Source of the DNA: an uncultured virus (IMG/VR IMGVR_UViG_3300032086_001957)
Lineage: Duplodnaviria; Heunggongvirae; Uroviricota; Caudoviricetes
Direction: 5' to 3' (one strand)
Length of the DNA stretch: 64,000 nucleotides
Virus record (IMG/VR): IMGVR_UViG_3300032086_001957
The notes beneath the pieces are model-generated. The model was not told the DNA's origin. It saw nothing but the letters and a program-made list of their open reading frames with translations, and searched no databases. Positions 40,506 to 51,236 of the stretch are shown here, one piece after another (the stretch's first letter is position 1; each line of letters starts with the position of its first letter). The translations under genes were made by a program, and so were the position numbers.

Positions 40506-41039
40506 TTATCCTAATGCAATAGAAACTGCGATTGCAAAACCCTCTGTTCCAATGAAACCACCAGCTGTTGGAAATGCTAAATTACCTGTCATAGTACCAC
40601 TACCATCAACTATGTTTCCTGTAATCGAAACACCTGTGTTTGTTGCTTCTATTTTTGTTGAATTATTATACTTAATTGTAACACCTGAAGCACCATCTAT
40701 ATCAATACTATTATTACCATCAAGTAATAAATCACCTGTGCCGTTATGTGTAATGTAACTGTTTGAACCATCATGATACATTTGTAAATCGTCATCAGTA
40801 CCAAATTTAATTCTTTCACTTGCAACTCCTGTTGAATCGTCAAAGTCAATAACAGTTGGTAATAAGACTGAACTTAAACCTGATTCTAATGCTTGAATTG
40901 CTTCGATAACATCTGTTACTGCTCCACCGTTTATCGTTGATGGTAAGTTTGCAATATCACCTACATCAGTTGCAAGTTCATTGAACTCTGTTCTCCATTG
41001 TTCAAAAGTAAAGGTTGCTGGTGTGTTTCTATCTGCCAT
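40506..41039 (-). CDS. Virion structural/fibre anchor protein
   Basis: TFEQWRTEFN, FGTDDDLQMYHDGSNSYI, ends IAVSIALG. Confidence 0.65.
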   Translation of the reverse strand: MADRNTPATFTFEQWRTEFNELATDVGDIANLPSTINGGAVTDVIEAIQALESGLSSVLLPTVIDFDDSTGVASERIKFGTDDDLQMYHDGSNSYITHNGTGDLLLDGNNSIDIDGASGVTIKYNNSTKIEATNTGVSITGNIVDGSGTMTGNLAFPTAGGFIGTEGFAIAVSIALG

Positions 41040-41266
41040 TATTCTTTATCCACTAATTTTAGTAAAAGAGATTTTATTTCATGCATCTCACATTTTAAAT
41101 TATTTATATCTCGTACACAATCTCTTAATTCGTCTTTTTGTTTTTTAAATGCTTTTGATTTTGCAACTGCGGCTTGATATGCGTTCATATCAGTATTAAC
41201 AACTCCTCTAGAATTTACATCTCTAGCAAGTTTTGGATAGTTTTCTACTTTAAGATATTCAGTCAT
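41039..41266 (-). CDS. Conserved small coiled-coil protein following the VrlC-like gene
   Basis: LARDVNSRGVVNTD...EIKSLLLKL. Confidence 0.65.
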   Translation of the reverse strand: MTEYLKVENYPKLARDVNSRGVVNTDMNAYQAAVAKSKAFKKQKDELRDCVRDINNLKCEMHEIKSLLLKLVDKE

Positions 41267-41267
41267 A

Positions 41268-44200
41268 TTATGTCGCTAATGCAATCGCTCTTATGTTTTT
41301 AATTCTTGGTGGTTCAGTAGAATTTGTTCCTTGCATACGAATCTTAATTGCAAAAGAAATAAATTCCGATAAATCGTTTGCAGTAAATTCTCTTTCAACA
41401 AAATCGTAAAGATTTGCTGATGAGTTTACTGTTGTATCTGAAACACCAGTAGTATTAAAATAATTCCAACCTAATTCATCAAAATCTGAAGCATCATCTG
41501 AACGAAGTATTTTATACATCACTTGAATTTCTGCACTATTGAATTTAACTGCATCAAATAAAACTTTAATTGCAGTTGCAGGATTCTTTAATGTAACTTT
41601 TCTTGTACAATAAATTGCTTCGTTCTTATCACCATCTGGTTCTTCAGGGCCGATATACTCATCTGTTGGGAAATAATTTGCTGAACTATCAACATTATCT
41701 AATCTGTTTGCAACACAAATTGCAACTTTTCTATCTAAATCAATAACTGGTGATAAGTTATCTTTAGTTGATGTCATAGTAAATGTTGAGAAGAATGATT
41801 TAGAACCTGATAATTCATTTGTTTCATTGATTGTTGAACAAACCATTCTTGGATTTTCAAAATAATAATTATCATTTATTGGAACTGTTTCTGCACTTGC
41901 AGATGCAGCTAACTGGAATGATGTTTGAGAACCACTAACAGATGTTGAACTTGTTGTACGAAGTTTACAAGTCAATGTTGTATCTGGGAATTCAATAGTA
42001 GGAACTGCCATTTGAATACTATCAATCTGTGCATTTTCTGTTGCAGTAACACTTGAACCACCAACTGTTCCAGCTGAAGTAGCTGATGTTGTAGTTGTAA
42101 TAGTATAATAATCAATACCAATATTACCTATTGCAGTATGTGTCTTATTAATTTCTGATAAAGGAACTCCTTTGACTTGATGTAATTCAACAGTAGCACC
42201 ATCATCATGAGCAGAAGCAGTAGCTGAAGGACTACTTAAAGTGAAAGTTGTGTTACCAGAGAGAGTACCTAACAATACTTCATCATTAATTTTTATCTCC
42301 ATAGCACCATTTACAAAATCAGCTGTTGAATTTATTGTTAATGATGTAGCACCTATTGATACAGCACCATTTAATGTTGTTGTAATACCTTCAGAAACAA
42401 CACCAGAAATTGTAACATTATTTGTTATTGAGTGCATATTATGATCTCTGTGATTTATCTTAACCACAGTAGGTTGACTTGAATCTGCTAACATTCTAAT
42501 TGGATTTGTTTCTAGTGTTTTAACAGGTAGTGCATCATTTGTTAATGTGATACTTGCTTGTTTTGATGTATCAAACTTTGCACGATATAAGTTAAACTTC
42601 AAATCTTCTAAATCGTATGCACTCCATGTTGTATTGTTCTGTGACTTAAACAATACACCAAGATATGGTTGTTCTGAAACTAATCTACTACCACCAACAT
42701 CTAATTCACCCATTCTAGAAATCCATGCAAGATATTTTACTGAATCTGTAAATAATACAATACAATGTTCTACACCATTTTTTACATAGACTGGTTCGTC
42801 AAATGTAAATGTTGTAGCTACAGTTGCATCACTAGATGTACTAACATCAGCAGGTAATAAAGTTTTACTTCCATTTGGAACAACTTTAGTTGTTGGATAA
42901 CCATTTTGCATTTCACGAATCTGACAAGTAACTGGAATGTTCTCATCTTTTTGTGAGAAGAAAATATCAACTTTAGTTAAGAACTCACCACCTTCTTGTT
43001 GAGGCATGAATGATTGTGCAAGCGGATCCCACCATCCAACGATTCTATCTCTAGTTACATTTCTATTTACATTTCTTCTTTCTGTAACTCGTCTAACTTC
43101 AATTCTTGCATTTCTTGTTGCAACAATAGATTCTTGAATTGTATTTAAAATACCAGTTGCAGAGAAAATTGCTTGTGCAAATGTTTCAGGGTCTGGAACT
43201 TGAACATTAGTTTGTGAAGATGTTAATCTAAAGTTTCTTTCTCCTGTTCTAAATTTAGGATTACCAGAAACTTTAGGGTCTGGTAATGCAAATGTTCCTG
43301 ATACTGAACCAGCTGCATCTGTAACTAAATCTCCACCAAGTGAACCACCAGTAGGTGTAACATATGCACTAATTGCTTGTTTATCAAAGAAAGGATAAAC
43401 TTTTGTAAGAGGTTTCATACCAGTTGCACTAAATGAAATATTTACTGCACGACAGAATGGTATTAATGCACGAGCAATAATTCTATCACCTAATGATTCA
43501 TAATCTATTTGAGTAACGATTGCAGTTTCAATACCTGAACGAGTTCTTCTACCAGTTTCTGTTCCAATACTTCTTTCAATTACTGGTCTAAATGGAACTT
43601 GGGGTCTTGCTCTTGCCCAACTCTTTTCTCTAAATTTCGTTGTACTTGTTGCATGAAATCCTGTCCATTGTGTTTGCCATGCGTTCCAAACTGTTCCAAG
43701 TGAGTTTCTATTCTCTGCAAGAACAGTATCAAAGTTACCTTCTTTATTGATAATTAAATCAGGAGCTCTTTCAGTTTCAAACCAACTATCACCTGATGGT
43801 GTTAGTTTACAAATACCAGTCCATGCAAATGATAAAACAGGATTTAAGTTTTCAACTCTAGTTGCATAAACTTGTGATGCAGTAATTGTATGAGTATAAG
43901 GTAATGTTAGAATATCACCAGTCTTTTGGTAATTATCATTTGTTCTATCTGCATCAGTTAAGTTTTCTTCTGATAATGAAATACCTTTCATGAAATACTT
44001 CGGTCGCATTTCTTTGTTTTCCATATCCATTGCAACACGATAGTCAGGGTGTTTCACATCACCAGTATTGTGACCTGCACAATTATCAACTAAAAATCCA
44101 GACTTGAATCTATCAAGACCATTTGAATCTTGTATCTGTAAAGATTCTGCATCTTTCTCTAAAAGATTTAATGCAGTATAATATTCCATATTATTAATTC

Positions 44201-47200
44201 TTGATTCAAGATTACCAATGTCTTTCATAGTATATCGTTTATTATTAAATGTAGTATGAGAAGCATCAGATAATTGAACCACATATGGATTTAAATTTAT
44301 TTTTGCTAATGTCATAGCAGTATCTAATGTTTTTGGTGGCTCTGGTTGTTCAGCAGGAGCACCTTGTACAACTTTGAAATCACCCTCTGGTGTTAAGAAT
44401 AAGAAATCAATTCTTGCAAGATAGTTTTCAAAGTCATACTGAAAACTAGAATTATCTTTTGGAATGTTTACAGTAGATGAACCATTTCCTGTATAACTTC
44501 TTGCTGTAAAGTTAAATGAATAATCTGTTACAGTATATGTTGTTTGATTTTGTATTGCAAGTGTTGTTGAAGTTATATCAGCAACTCTTGGTCTAAAGTC
44601 AACTGTATCTCTTAAATCATATTCACCACTTGGTTGTGGTGCTTCAGGGTCAATACGAGTTGCACTATAAACTGGAATCTCTTTATAATCAATAGCTGCA
44701 TAAGAATCTACTGTAAAGAAATCACCAGCACCATGTGAGAAATAATCACATACAATTAATAATCTACCTATTGGTACAGTTGCAGTTGGTTTTCTTGTTA
44801 ATCTCGCAATATCGTAAAAGTTATCTCTTTGTCCTGTATCAAGAACAAAATCATTTGTAATATTTCTAGAACCTTCTGTAAATGTTCCAAGTGTTGCAGT
44901 TGCACCACTCTCTGCACCAGTAATTGTTTCACCAGAACTAAATGCAGTTTCATTTAAAGTAATAAAAGTAATTGGTGATGTTGGATTAATAATTGTTGCA
45001 ATTGCACCAGATGTACCACCAGTAATCTTTTCACCTTTTGTAAATGTTCCAACAATACCTGTAACAGTCCATTGAGGTAAAACAGGGTCTGCTGTTGATA
45101 AAGAATCAAATACACCGTGTAATTTATAAACATCAGCAACACCTAGTGAAATATCTTTATGATGTGCAGATGTTCCGTATTCTTCACCACCACCAACACC
45201 AGCATTTATTACTCTAGTGATGTGCATACGATTTCTAGTTTTTGTTTTTTCACTAACAGATGTTCTTGTTAATGTTGCAATAATATTTACTACTGCACCA
45301 TTTCCAAATATAGATGCACTTGTTAAAGTTAAAGAATTTGAACCTACACCTGTAACAGTAAGATTATCAACATTAACAATATCACCAGCAGCACCAGTAG
45401 GAGTACCAGACACAGATTGAATTGCAACAACATAATCAGTATTTGTTACTGAATTAAATGTTTCATTTGCACCTGCTGTTATTGTTAATTCACCAGATGC
45501 GTTTGATGTTTGTGTAAACCCTCTCCTTACAACTACTGTTGTATCAGAAATACCAGTATTAGCTTCTGTCTTTAATGTTTTAATAGTATTCTTTTGTAAT
45601 TTTCTTAAAAGAATATTTCTATTCTGGTCATTAATCTTTGAACGCTTTCTTGTTACAGGAACTGATGTTACAGCTGTAGCAGTTGTAGTCAAGGTAAGAG
45701 TATCATCATCTGTTATTGTAGCAATTACTCTATCACCAACACCAGAAATATTGATAATATCTCCTACACGAAGCTCTGTTAAGAATGATGTACCAAAACC
45801 ACTAACATTTATTGTTCCATCAGTTGTTAATGATCCAGTAAGTGAAAATTCATTTTCTAAAACTAAATCTGCTGTAAAGGCTGTATCAGTATCAGAAGAA
45901 AATAACTGTTTTACTTTACTAAAGTCTTGTGTAACTACACTACTAACTGTTAAATCTGTACTACCACTATCTTCTATAAGTTCATCACTTCTAGTAACTC
46001 CAGTTGATTTAAGATTTTCTCCAGAAGAAAAATTACCAACAACTGATGTTAATTGTAATGTTGTACCACTTGCAGATTTAACAAATCCATATGCACCAGT
46101 ATTTACACCTGTAACTTTAGCACCTTCTGGAACATCTGCACCAACAACTGTTCCTGATAAAGTAATAGTTGTAAACATACGAAGGTCAAAAAGATAAACC
46201 TTAAATTGTGTGTCTGTCGTAGATGCTGATGCAAGTATGTCTAAACCTGTATTACCAGAATGATGTTCTATTGCTCTTGCACGAGCAACACCAATTTGTG
46301 TTCCGTTTGAAGAACCTTGAGCTGCATTTAAAGTATCAAATAATCCAATCTCTTTATATGGGTTATCTATTTGTCCAGATATTTCAGGTGAAGTTTCTGG
46401 TATGTTATTCATGTTTGTTGCAAGAACATAATTACCAACTTCAACTGGAGTTACAGCTGCATTATGAGATTCTACTTCTCTAGGTTTAGGAACATCAATA
46501 AATGTAGGGCCGACTGTTTCTATTTCATAACCTTTAACATATGCTTTACCAGGCGATAATTCTACTGTTAGAAAATCATCTGATGCAGTATTACCACTAT
46601 CAGTTGTTATACCTGTATTGTAAACACCATCATTTAATCCGTCATTTAATGTTTCTCTAATTCTAACACCAAATTCTTTTACTGTGTAATCACCAGATTC
46701 ATCATATGTTCTTCTTGCAAGAGTTTCACCAAGAACAGAATATTCTGTGTTTCTTGCTTTCTCTTGTAATACACCATTACTAATTCTCATTAATTCAACA
46801 AAGTTTTCATCAGCAGTTGAATCTAAAGCAAGTTTTGCTAAAGTTAAAGTCATCTTTAATCTATGAGCACCCTTTGCATTTTCGTTTGTAGAACCAGCTG
46901 CATTGTCTAACAATGAACTATCTTGTTCTGGTGTTTCTAAAGTTTCTGAAATTGATAAACCAACTCGATAAGATGGAGTGTTTGTGTACTTGTCTAAAAT
47001 AAGTCTTTGTTCTGCAACTCTAACAAAATTACCACGAACAAAATAAACACCCTCTTGAATGTTTGCAGATGAACCAGTTGCAGTAGCATCTGATGCTTGT
47101 AGAACTGCACTATCAATATTTGCACCAAAAGAACTAATAGTACCATCTGCTGATATATTTTCTCCATCTGCAAATACTGTTGTGACATTATCACTACCAG

Positions 47201-47591
47201 TTGAAACATATTTTACATATAAAGTAATTGGGTCATCAGTTGTAGCAGCAACTGCTTGAATGACTTGTGCTTTTACACCAGATGAAGTACCAGTAATAAT
47301 TTTACCAACATACTGACTAATGTATCCTGATATATCATTTGATTGATATTGTGATTGTAATTTTACAGCATAGTAATCATCTGTAAAACCAATAGCGCCA
47401 GGTATTACTAATGTGCCTTCTTTGAAAACATGACGACCATGTCTTTCAATTTGATTCTGTAATATACTTTGGAGTTGTGTTAACTCTCTTGCTTGAACAG
47501 AAAAGCCTGGTCTGAATAAAACTCTATGAAAGTCTTTACTTTCTGTAAAGTCATCATAGTATGGGGATACATTTAAGTTTGTCTTTTGCAT
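41268..47591 (-). CDS. VrlC-like (DUF4815) baseplate/virion protein
   Basis: TNLNVSPYYDDF...VLFRPG..VQARELTQLQSILQNQ, LARRTYDESGDY, DPLAQSF. Confidence 0.88.
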   Translation of the reverse strand: MQKTNLNVSPYYDDFTESKDFHRVLFRPGFSVQARELTQLQSILQNQIERHGRHVFKEGTLVIPGAIGFTDDYYAVKLQSQYQSNDISGYISQYVGKIITGTSSGVKAQVIQAVAATTDDPITLYVKYVSTGSDNVTTVFADGENISADGTISSFGANIDSAVLQASDATATGSSANIQEGVYFVRGNFVRVAEQRLILDKYTNTPSYRVGLSISETLETPEQDSSLLDNAAGSTNENAKGAHRLKMTLTLAKLALDSTADENFVELMRISNGVLQEKARNTEYSVLGETLARRTYDESGDYTVKEFGVRIRETLNDGLNDGVYNTGITTDSGNTASDDFLTVELSPGKAYVKGYEIETVGPTFIDVPKPREVESHNAAVTPVEVGNYVLATNMNNIPETSPEISGQIDNPYKEIGLFDTLNAAQGSSNGTQIGVARARAIEHHSGNTGLDILASASTTDTQFKVYLFDLRMFTTITLSGTVVGADVPEGAKVTGVNTGAYGFVKSASGTTLQLTSVVGNFSSGENLKSTGVTRSDELIEDSGSTDLTVSSVVTQDFSKVKQLFSSDTDTAFTADLVLENEFSLTGSLTTDGTINVSGFGTSFLTELRVGDIINISGVGDRVIATITDDDTLTLTTTATAVTSVPVTRKRSKINDQNRNILLRKLQKNTIKTLKTEANTGISDTTVVVRRGFTQTSNASGELTITAGANETFNSVTNTDYVVAIQSVSGTPTGAAGDIVNVDNLTVTGVGSNSLTLTSASIFGNGAVVNIIATLTRTSVSEKTKTRNRMHITRVINAGVGGGEEYGTSAHHKDISLGVADVYKLHGVFDSLSTADPVLPQWTVTGIVGTFTKGEKITGGTSGAIATIINPTSPITFITLNETAFSSGETITGAESGATATLGTFTEGSRNITNDFVLDTGQRDNFYDIARLTRKPTATVPIGRLLIVCDYFSHGAGDFFTVDSYAAIDYKEIPVYSATRIDPEAPQPSGEYDLRDTVDFRPRVADITSTTLAIQNQTTYTVTDYSFNFTARSYTGNGSSTVNIPKDNSSFQYDFENYLARIDFLFLTPEGDFKVVQGAPAEQPEPPKTLDTAMTLAKINLNPYVVQLSDASHTTFNNKRYTMKDIGNLESRINNMEYYTALNLLEKDAESLQIQDSNGLDRFKSGFLVDNCAGHNTGDVKHPDYRVAMDMENKEMRPKYFMKGISLSEENLTDADRTNDNYQKTGDILTLPYTHTITASQVYATRVENLNPVLSFAWTGICKLTPSGDSWFETERAPDLIINKEGNFDTVLAENRNSLGTVWNAWQTQWTGFHATSTTKFREKSWARARPQVPFRPVIERSIGTETGRRTRSGIETAIVTQIDYESLGDRIIARALIPFCRAVNISFSATGMKPLTKVYPFFDKQAISAYVTPTGGSLGGDLVTDAAGSVSGTFALPDPKVSGNPKFRTGERNFRLTSSQTNVQVPDPETFAQAIFSATGILNTIQESIVATRNARIEVRRVTERRNVNRNVTRDRIVGWWDPLAQSFMPQQEGGEFLTKVDIFFSQKDENIPVTCQIREMQNGYPTTKVVPNGSKTLLPADVSTSSDATVATTFTFDEPVYVKNGVEHCIVLFTDSVKYLAWISRMGELDVGGSRLVSEQPYLGVLFKSQNNTTWSAYDLEDLKFNLYRAKFDTSKQASITLTNDALPVKTLETNPIRMLADSSQPTVVKINHRDHNMHSITNNVTISGVVSEGITTTLNGAVSIGATSLTINSTADFVNGAMEIKINDEVLLGTLSGNTTFTLSSPSATASAHDDGATVELHQVKGVPLSEINKTHTAIGNIGIDYYTITTTTSATSAGTVGGSSVTATENAQIDSIQMAVPTIEFPDTTLTCKLRTTSSTSVSGSQTSFQLAASASAETVPINDNYYFENPRMVCSTINETNELSGSKSFFSTFTMTSTKDNLSPVIDLDRKVAICVANRLDNVDSSANYFPTDEYIGPEEPDGDKNEAIYCTRKVTLKNPATAIKVLFDAVKFNSAEIQVMYKILRSDDASDFDELGWNYFNTTGVSDTTVNSSANLYDFVEREFTANDLSEFISFAIKIRMQGTNSTEPPRIKNIRAIALAT

Positions 47592-47594
47592 TTT

Positions 47595-49067
47595 TTAAAA
47601 TTCCACTATTACTTTAATATCTTCGGTTTGGTCTGAAGCTCTTGCTATTGGTCTACGATTTTCAACATATAACATCTTACCACTATCAGGTTCTAATTCT
47701 GGGTTTGCATATCCTGTATTAAATGTTATTGTTGAACCACCTGCAAGTGATACTACTTCAGATGCAGTTGATTGTGGTGTTCCTGTTGCAGTAGAATCTG
47801 CACCAGTAATTACATTTGCACCACTAAACGCAGTTTGATTACCTTCACTATCAATACCATAGTTTGCATATCTTTCTTGTGTATAGTAAATGATATTTCT
47901 TGTTGCATCAAATTCAACAACTCTACCAACTGCACCAGTTGTTGATTGTGTTATCTTTTCATCTGCATCATATGGTTGACTAGGTGCAAATGCAAGTTTT
48001 ACTGCATAAGTTTGTCTTATAGTAGAGGCTGTTGCAACTGTTGTTGTTCCAAAATTATATGGGTCTTTAACAATACCAAGATGTCTAAACTCATTTTCAG
48101 TTGTTAAGTCATCACCTTCTGCTTGTTCTAATTTAATGTTCATCATAACATAGTGACCACCTAATTCTCTAACAGCATCTTTACCATGACCGCCTGGTGG
48201 GGAAATAATAGGATCAACTACACCATTTGTTCCAGCACCCATAGTTGTTGCAGTTGTTAATCCACTATCACTATAAACATTAGTTAAATCTACTGATCCA
48301 AATGTATAACCTGAACCAGCTGCAAAAACTTCTGTTGCACTTCCACCACTACCAAAAGATGCAATTGCATTAGCAGATACATGAATTTTTACGATACCAC
48401 CTGTACCATCACCATCAATTGGTGAATAGTATGTTCCATCTGTGTAACCAGCACCAGCTGTAATTCTTACAACATCTACTGAACCATTTACGGCAGCTGC
48501 AGAAACAGTAGAATCTGTTGATACATGAAGAAAGTCTGTTGTTAAAAACTTGTCAATCTCTGATACAGTTAAACTGTACATATATTGTAAGTAATAACCA
48601 CCAAGAAAGAAAGGTGTTGGTGAGGTAGAAGTTGGTTCTGCACCTGAATATGCAGTACCACCATTGTTATCTAAAACTTTATAAACTCTATAATCTGATG
48701 TTACAAAATAGAATGTAGAATTATATAAGTTAGTTGCACCTGATGTTGCAGTATTTGATGCACTAACATCATGTTCGTACATATCAAAGGTAGTTGCGTT
48801 TGCCCAGTTTCTTCTAGGAATTGTGAACGAAACATCTGAAGCTGCAATTGCGTTTGCACCAGTCATTGCATCCCAATAGTAATAATCATTTGTCACCATG
48901 TCTGCTGGGGATGGTGGTGCAGTATCTGTTCCACCTGAAGTGCTAGATGTAAAAGGTGTTGATTTACCTATAAACATATAATACTGTGATGGTGATGCTT
49001 CAGAGAACGATTCATGAAACTGTTCTGCATTATGTTGTCTAAAATTTTCAGTTATAATAGCTGCCAT
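47595..49067 (-). CDS. gp8: Baseplate wedge gp8
   Basis: MAAIITENFR, YRVYKVLDN, PPGGHGKDAVRELG, YVENRRPI.RA.DQTEDIKVIVEF. Confidence 0.92.
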   Translation of the reverse strand: MAAIITENFRQHNAEQFHESFSEASPSQYYMFIGKSTPFTSSTSGGTDTAPPSPADMVTNDYYYWDAMTGANAIAASDVSFTIPRRNWANATTFDMYEHDVSASNTATSGATNLYNSTFYFVTSDYRVYKVLDNNGGTAYSGAEPTSTSPTPFFLGGYYLQYMYSLTVSEIDKFLTTDFLHVSTDSTVSAAAVNGSVDVVRITAGAGYTDGTYYSPIDGDGTGGIVKIHVSANAIASFGSGGSATEVFAAGSGYTFGSVDLTNVYSDSGLTTATTMGAGTNGVVDPIISPPGGHGKDAVRELGGHYVMMNIKLEQAEGDDLTTENEFRHLGIVKDPYNFGTTTVATASTIRQTYAVKLAFAPSQPYDADEKITQSTTGAVGRVVEFDATRNIIYYTQERYANYGIDSEGNQTAFSGANVITGADSTATGTPQSTASEVVSLAGGSTITFNTGYANPELEPDSGKMLYVENRRPIARASDQTEDIKVIVEF

Positions 49068-49127
49068 TTTTTATTTTCCAGTTTTTTAATTAAATTGTTT
49101 CAACTTATTTATTAAGAAACAATATCG

Positions 49128-49649
49128 TTATTCTTTAGGATATAGTGCTTTAATTCTTGCAACTTCTTCTCGCCACGCATCTAATCCATTTTCTGTAATA
49201 TATTCTATTTGAAACTGAACTTCACCATAATCTGCCATTCTTCTTTCTCTATAAGTTATTGGTGGTTCAGTATCATCAATCATATAATCTGGTGGATTAC
49301 AAATAGACACGCAAGTAGGACTATCTACTCCACCAATTTCTTCTATCTTTGCATTTATAGCATCAGTATCACTTTCATCCATTTCATAGAATTTTGCAAC
49401 TTTTTGTTGAGTAGTTAAACTACGAAAGTTTAAAGGAATACCTTGATTGTTATGAGTTGGAGCAGGTTTATCTGTAACAACCCATGCACCATCTGTAAAT
49501 TCTCTTGTTTGTGTATCTGCATCATAAGTTGGTGGTGGTAATGATGTTGAGTTTGCTGGGTGTAAATACACACCAGGCTCTAATGGAGATTCAAAAGCTT
49601 TAACTTGTTCTCCAGTTACTTTATCATAACACACTATAAAATTAGACAT
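49128..49649 (-). CDS. Tail fibre assembly chaperone-like protein
   Basis: SPLEPGVYLHPANST..PP...W; C-terminal YRERR..DY...IKALYPK; follows a collar gene. Confidence 0.65.
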   Translation of the reverse strand: MSNFIVCYDKVTGEQVKAFESPLEPGVYLHPANSTSLPPPTYDADTQTREFTDGAWVVTDKPAPTHNNQGIPLNFRSLTTQQKVAKFYEMDESDTDAINAKIEEIGGVDSPTCVSICNPPDYMIDDTEPPITYRERRMADYGEVQFQIEYITENGLDAWREEVARIKALYPKE

Positions 49650-49667
49650 AATTATTTTTACCTTTCA

Positions 49668-50372
49668 TTAAAATTTTATACAATACAAACAGGTGGCATT
49701 AAATGGAAATGTTTGACCACCTCTAGTTAAATCATTACCTGCAACACCACCAGCGGCATTGTCACGCAAAGCGAGAGCATCTGTATCAATACGATCTATT
49801 CTTAAACCGTACTCGTTCCAACCACCAATCCAACCATTAACCCACATATTACCAAAAAATGTTAAATTATTTCCACTTGCTTGTGAAGGTTCATTTGGGT
49901 TTACTGGAGGATTTTGGGAATTATCATTCTTAAACATACCTCTTGTAGCAGTACCTCTAGTATATCTAGATTGAGGATAGTTTGGGCCTCCTACATTTTC
50001 CATTCTAAATCTATGACCGTGGTCTTTGATAGTATCAACAGTTTTAGTACCCACACTACCACCATCATATGTTCTTGTATATGTTTGAGAACCTGCACCT
50101 CTTACAAAACCACCTCTTAAGTCTGGAAGATTAAATGTTGTAGCACCATCTCCAGTTCCCCAAGTAGTGCTGATTACAGCATACAATTCAGAATAAGTTG
50201 TTCTACTTATTGCAGAACCATCACATGAAAGAAATCCAGCAGGTGGTGAAGTTTCTCCATGAGAAATTACAGTTCCTATTGCAACACCAGCACCGTTAGG
50301 TATTGCGTCAGTATTGATTGTTGAACTATTGTTCATCAATTCTGCGATTAATTTTGAATTACTTGGAGCCAT
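49668..50372 (-). CDS. Tail-collar domain short fibre protein
   Basis: PAGFLSCDGSAISRTTYSELY...FNLPDLRG; ends CIKF. Confidence 0.85.
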   Translation of the reverse strand: MAPSNSKLIAELMNNSSTINTDAIPNGAGVAIGTVISHGETSPPAGFLSCDGSAISRTTYSELYAVISTTWGTGDGATTFNLPDLRGGFVRGAGSQTYTRTYDGGSVGTKTVDTIKDHGHRFRMENVGGPNYPQSRYTRGTATRGMFKNDNSQNPPVNPNEPSQASGNNLTFFGNMWVNGWIGGWNEYGLRIDRIDTDALALRDNAAGGVAGNDLTRGGQTFPFNATCLYCIKF

Positions 50373-50393
50373 TTTTCTTTATCCTATATTATG

Positions 50394-51194
50394 TTATGCA
50401 CCTAATGTTGGTAAGTCAATTCCAACTACATTCCAATCGTTACCATTCCAAATAAAAGTTGCATTGTCACCAACATCTTCCCAAATGAGTGAAACTGGAA
50501 CATTTGCAGAACTTAAATTACCACCTGATTGTGTCATTGTTACATTACCACCGTCAACGGTCATAATAATAATTTTTCTTTGACCAACAAATCGACCAGT
50601 ACCCATTGTTATTGTCATTGCACCAGCAGTTGAATCTAAAAGACTAACTTCTGTATCAACATCTACTGCACCAGCAGTTGTAATATTTTCTGTTGAAGAG
50701 CCTTGTAATGTTGAAGTTTTGTTTGGTAATGTTACTACTTCATTACCACCACTAAAAACTGAATGTGCAGGCGCTTGTAATGATACATAATGTGCGTTTG
50801 CACTTTCACAATATAATCTTATTTGTGATGCATTACCATCATTTTTTATATCTATTATACCAGACTCAAAAGTAATTCTATCATTACCACCTATTTTTAT
50901 ATCAATCTGGTCATCTGTATCACAAGTTATACTTGTGTCAGCATCTGCATCTAAAATTAATTCTGTACCATTCATATCAAATGAAGTAGCAACAATAGCA
51001 GATGTTAAAGTTTTATTTGTAAGTGTTTGTGTTGCAGTATTTAATGTTATTGTGTCAGATGATAATGTTGTACCATCACCAAGTAATGTATAAACCTCTG
51101 CAAAGTTAGCATTAACTTTTGTAGCACCATCTCGTAAATTATCACCAGTACCATCATTTGCTGTTGTTCCTATATCAATATCTTGTTTTGACAT
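50394..51194 (-). CDS. gp9: Baseplate wedge tail-fibre connector gp9-like
   Basis: IDIGTTANDGTGDNLRDGATKVNANFAEVY. Confidence 0.8.
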   Translation of the reverse strand: MSKQDIDIGTTANDGTGDNLRDGATKVNANFAEVYTLLGDGTTLSSDTITLNTATQTLTNKTLTSAIVATSFDMNGTELILDADADTSITCDTDDQIDIKIGGNDRITFESGIIDIKNDGNASQIRLYCESANAHYVSLQAPAHSVFSGGNEVVTLPNKTSTLQGSSTENITTAGAVDVDTEVSLLDSTAGAMTITMGTGRFVGQRKIIIMTVDGGNVTMTQSGGNLSSANVPVSLIWEDVGDNATFIWNGNDWNVVGIDLPTLGA

Positions 51195-51221
51195 TATTTA
51201 ATATCCTTTTTAACTTAATAT

Positions 51222-51229
51222 TATTTATA
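51222..51229 (-). promoter_or_regulatory. T4 late promoter for gp9
   Basis: TATAAATA. Confidence 0.78.
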
Positions 51230-51236
51230 ATAGTTT

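Noticed and set aside
32922..50372. Diversity-generating retroelement template/variable repeat pair
   Set aside because: No reverse transcriptase in the window, both copies are intact genes, and mismatches are not confined to adenines
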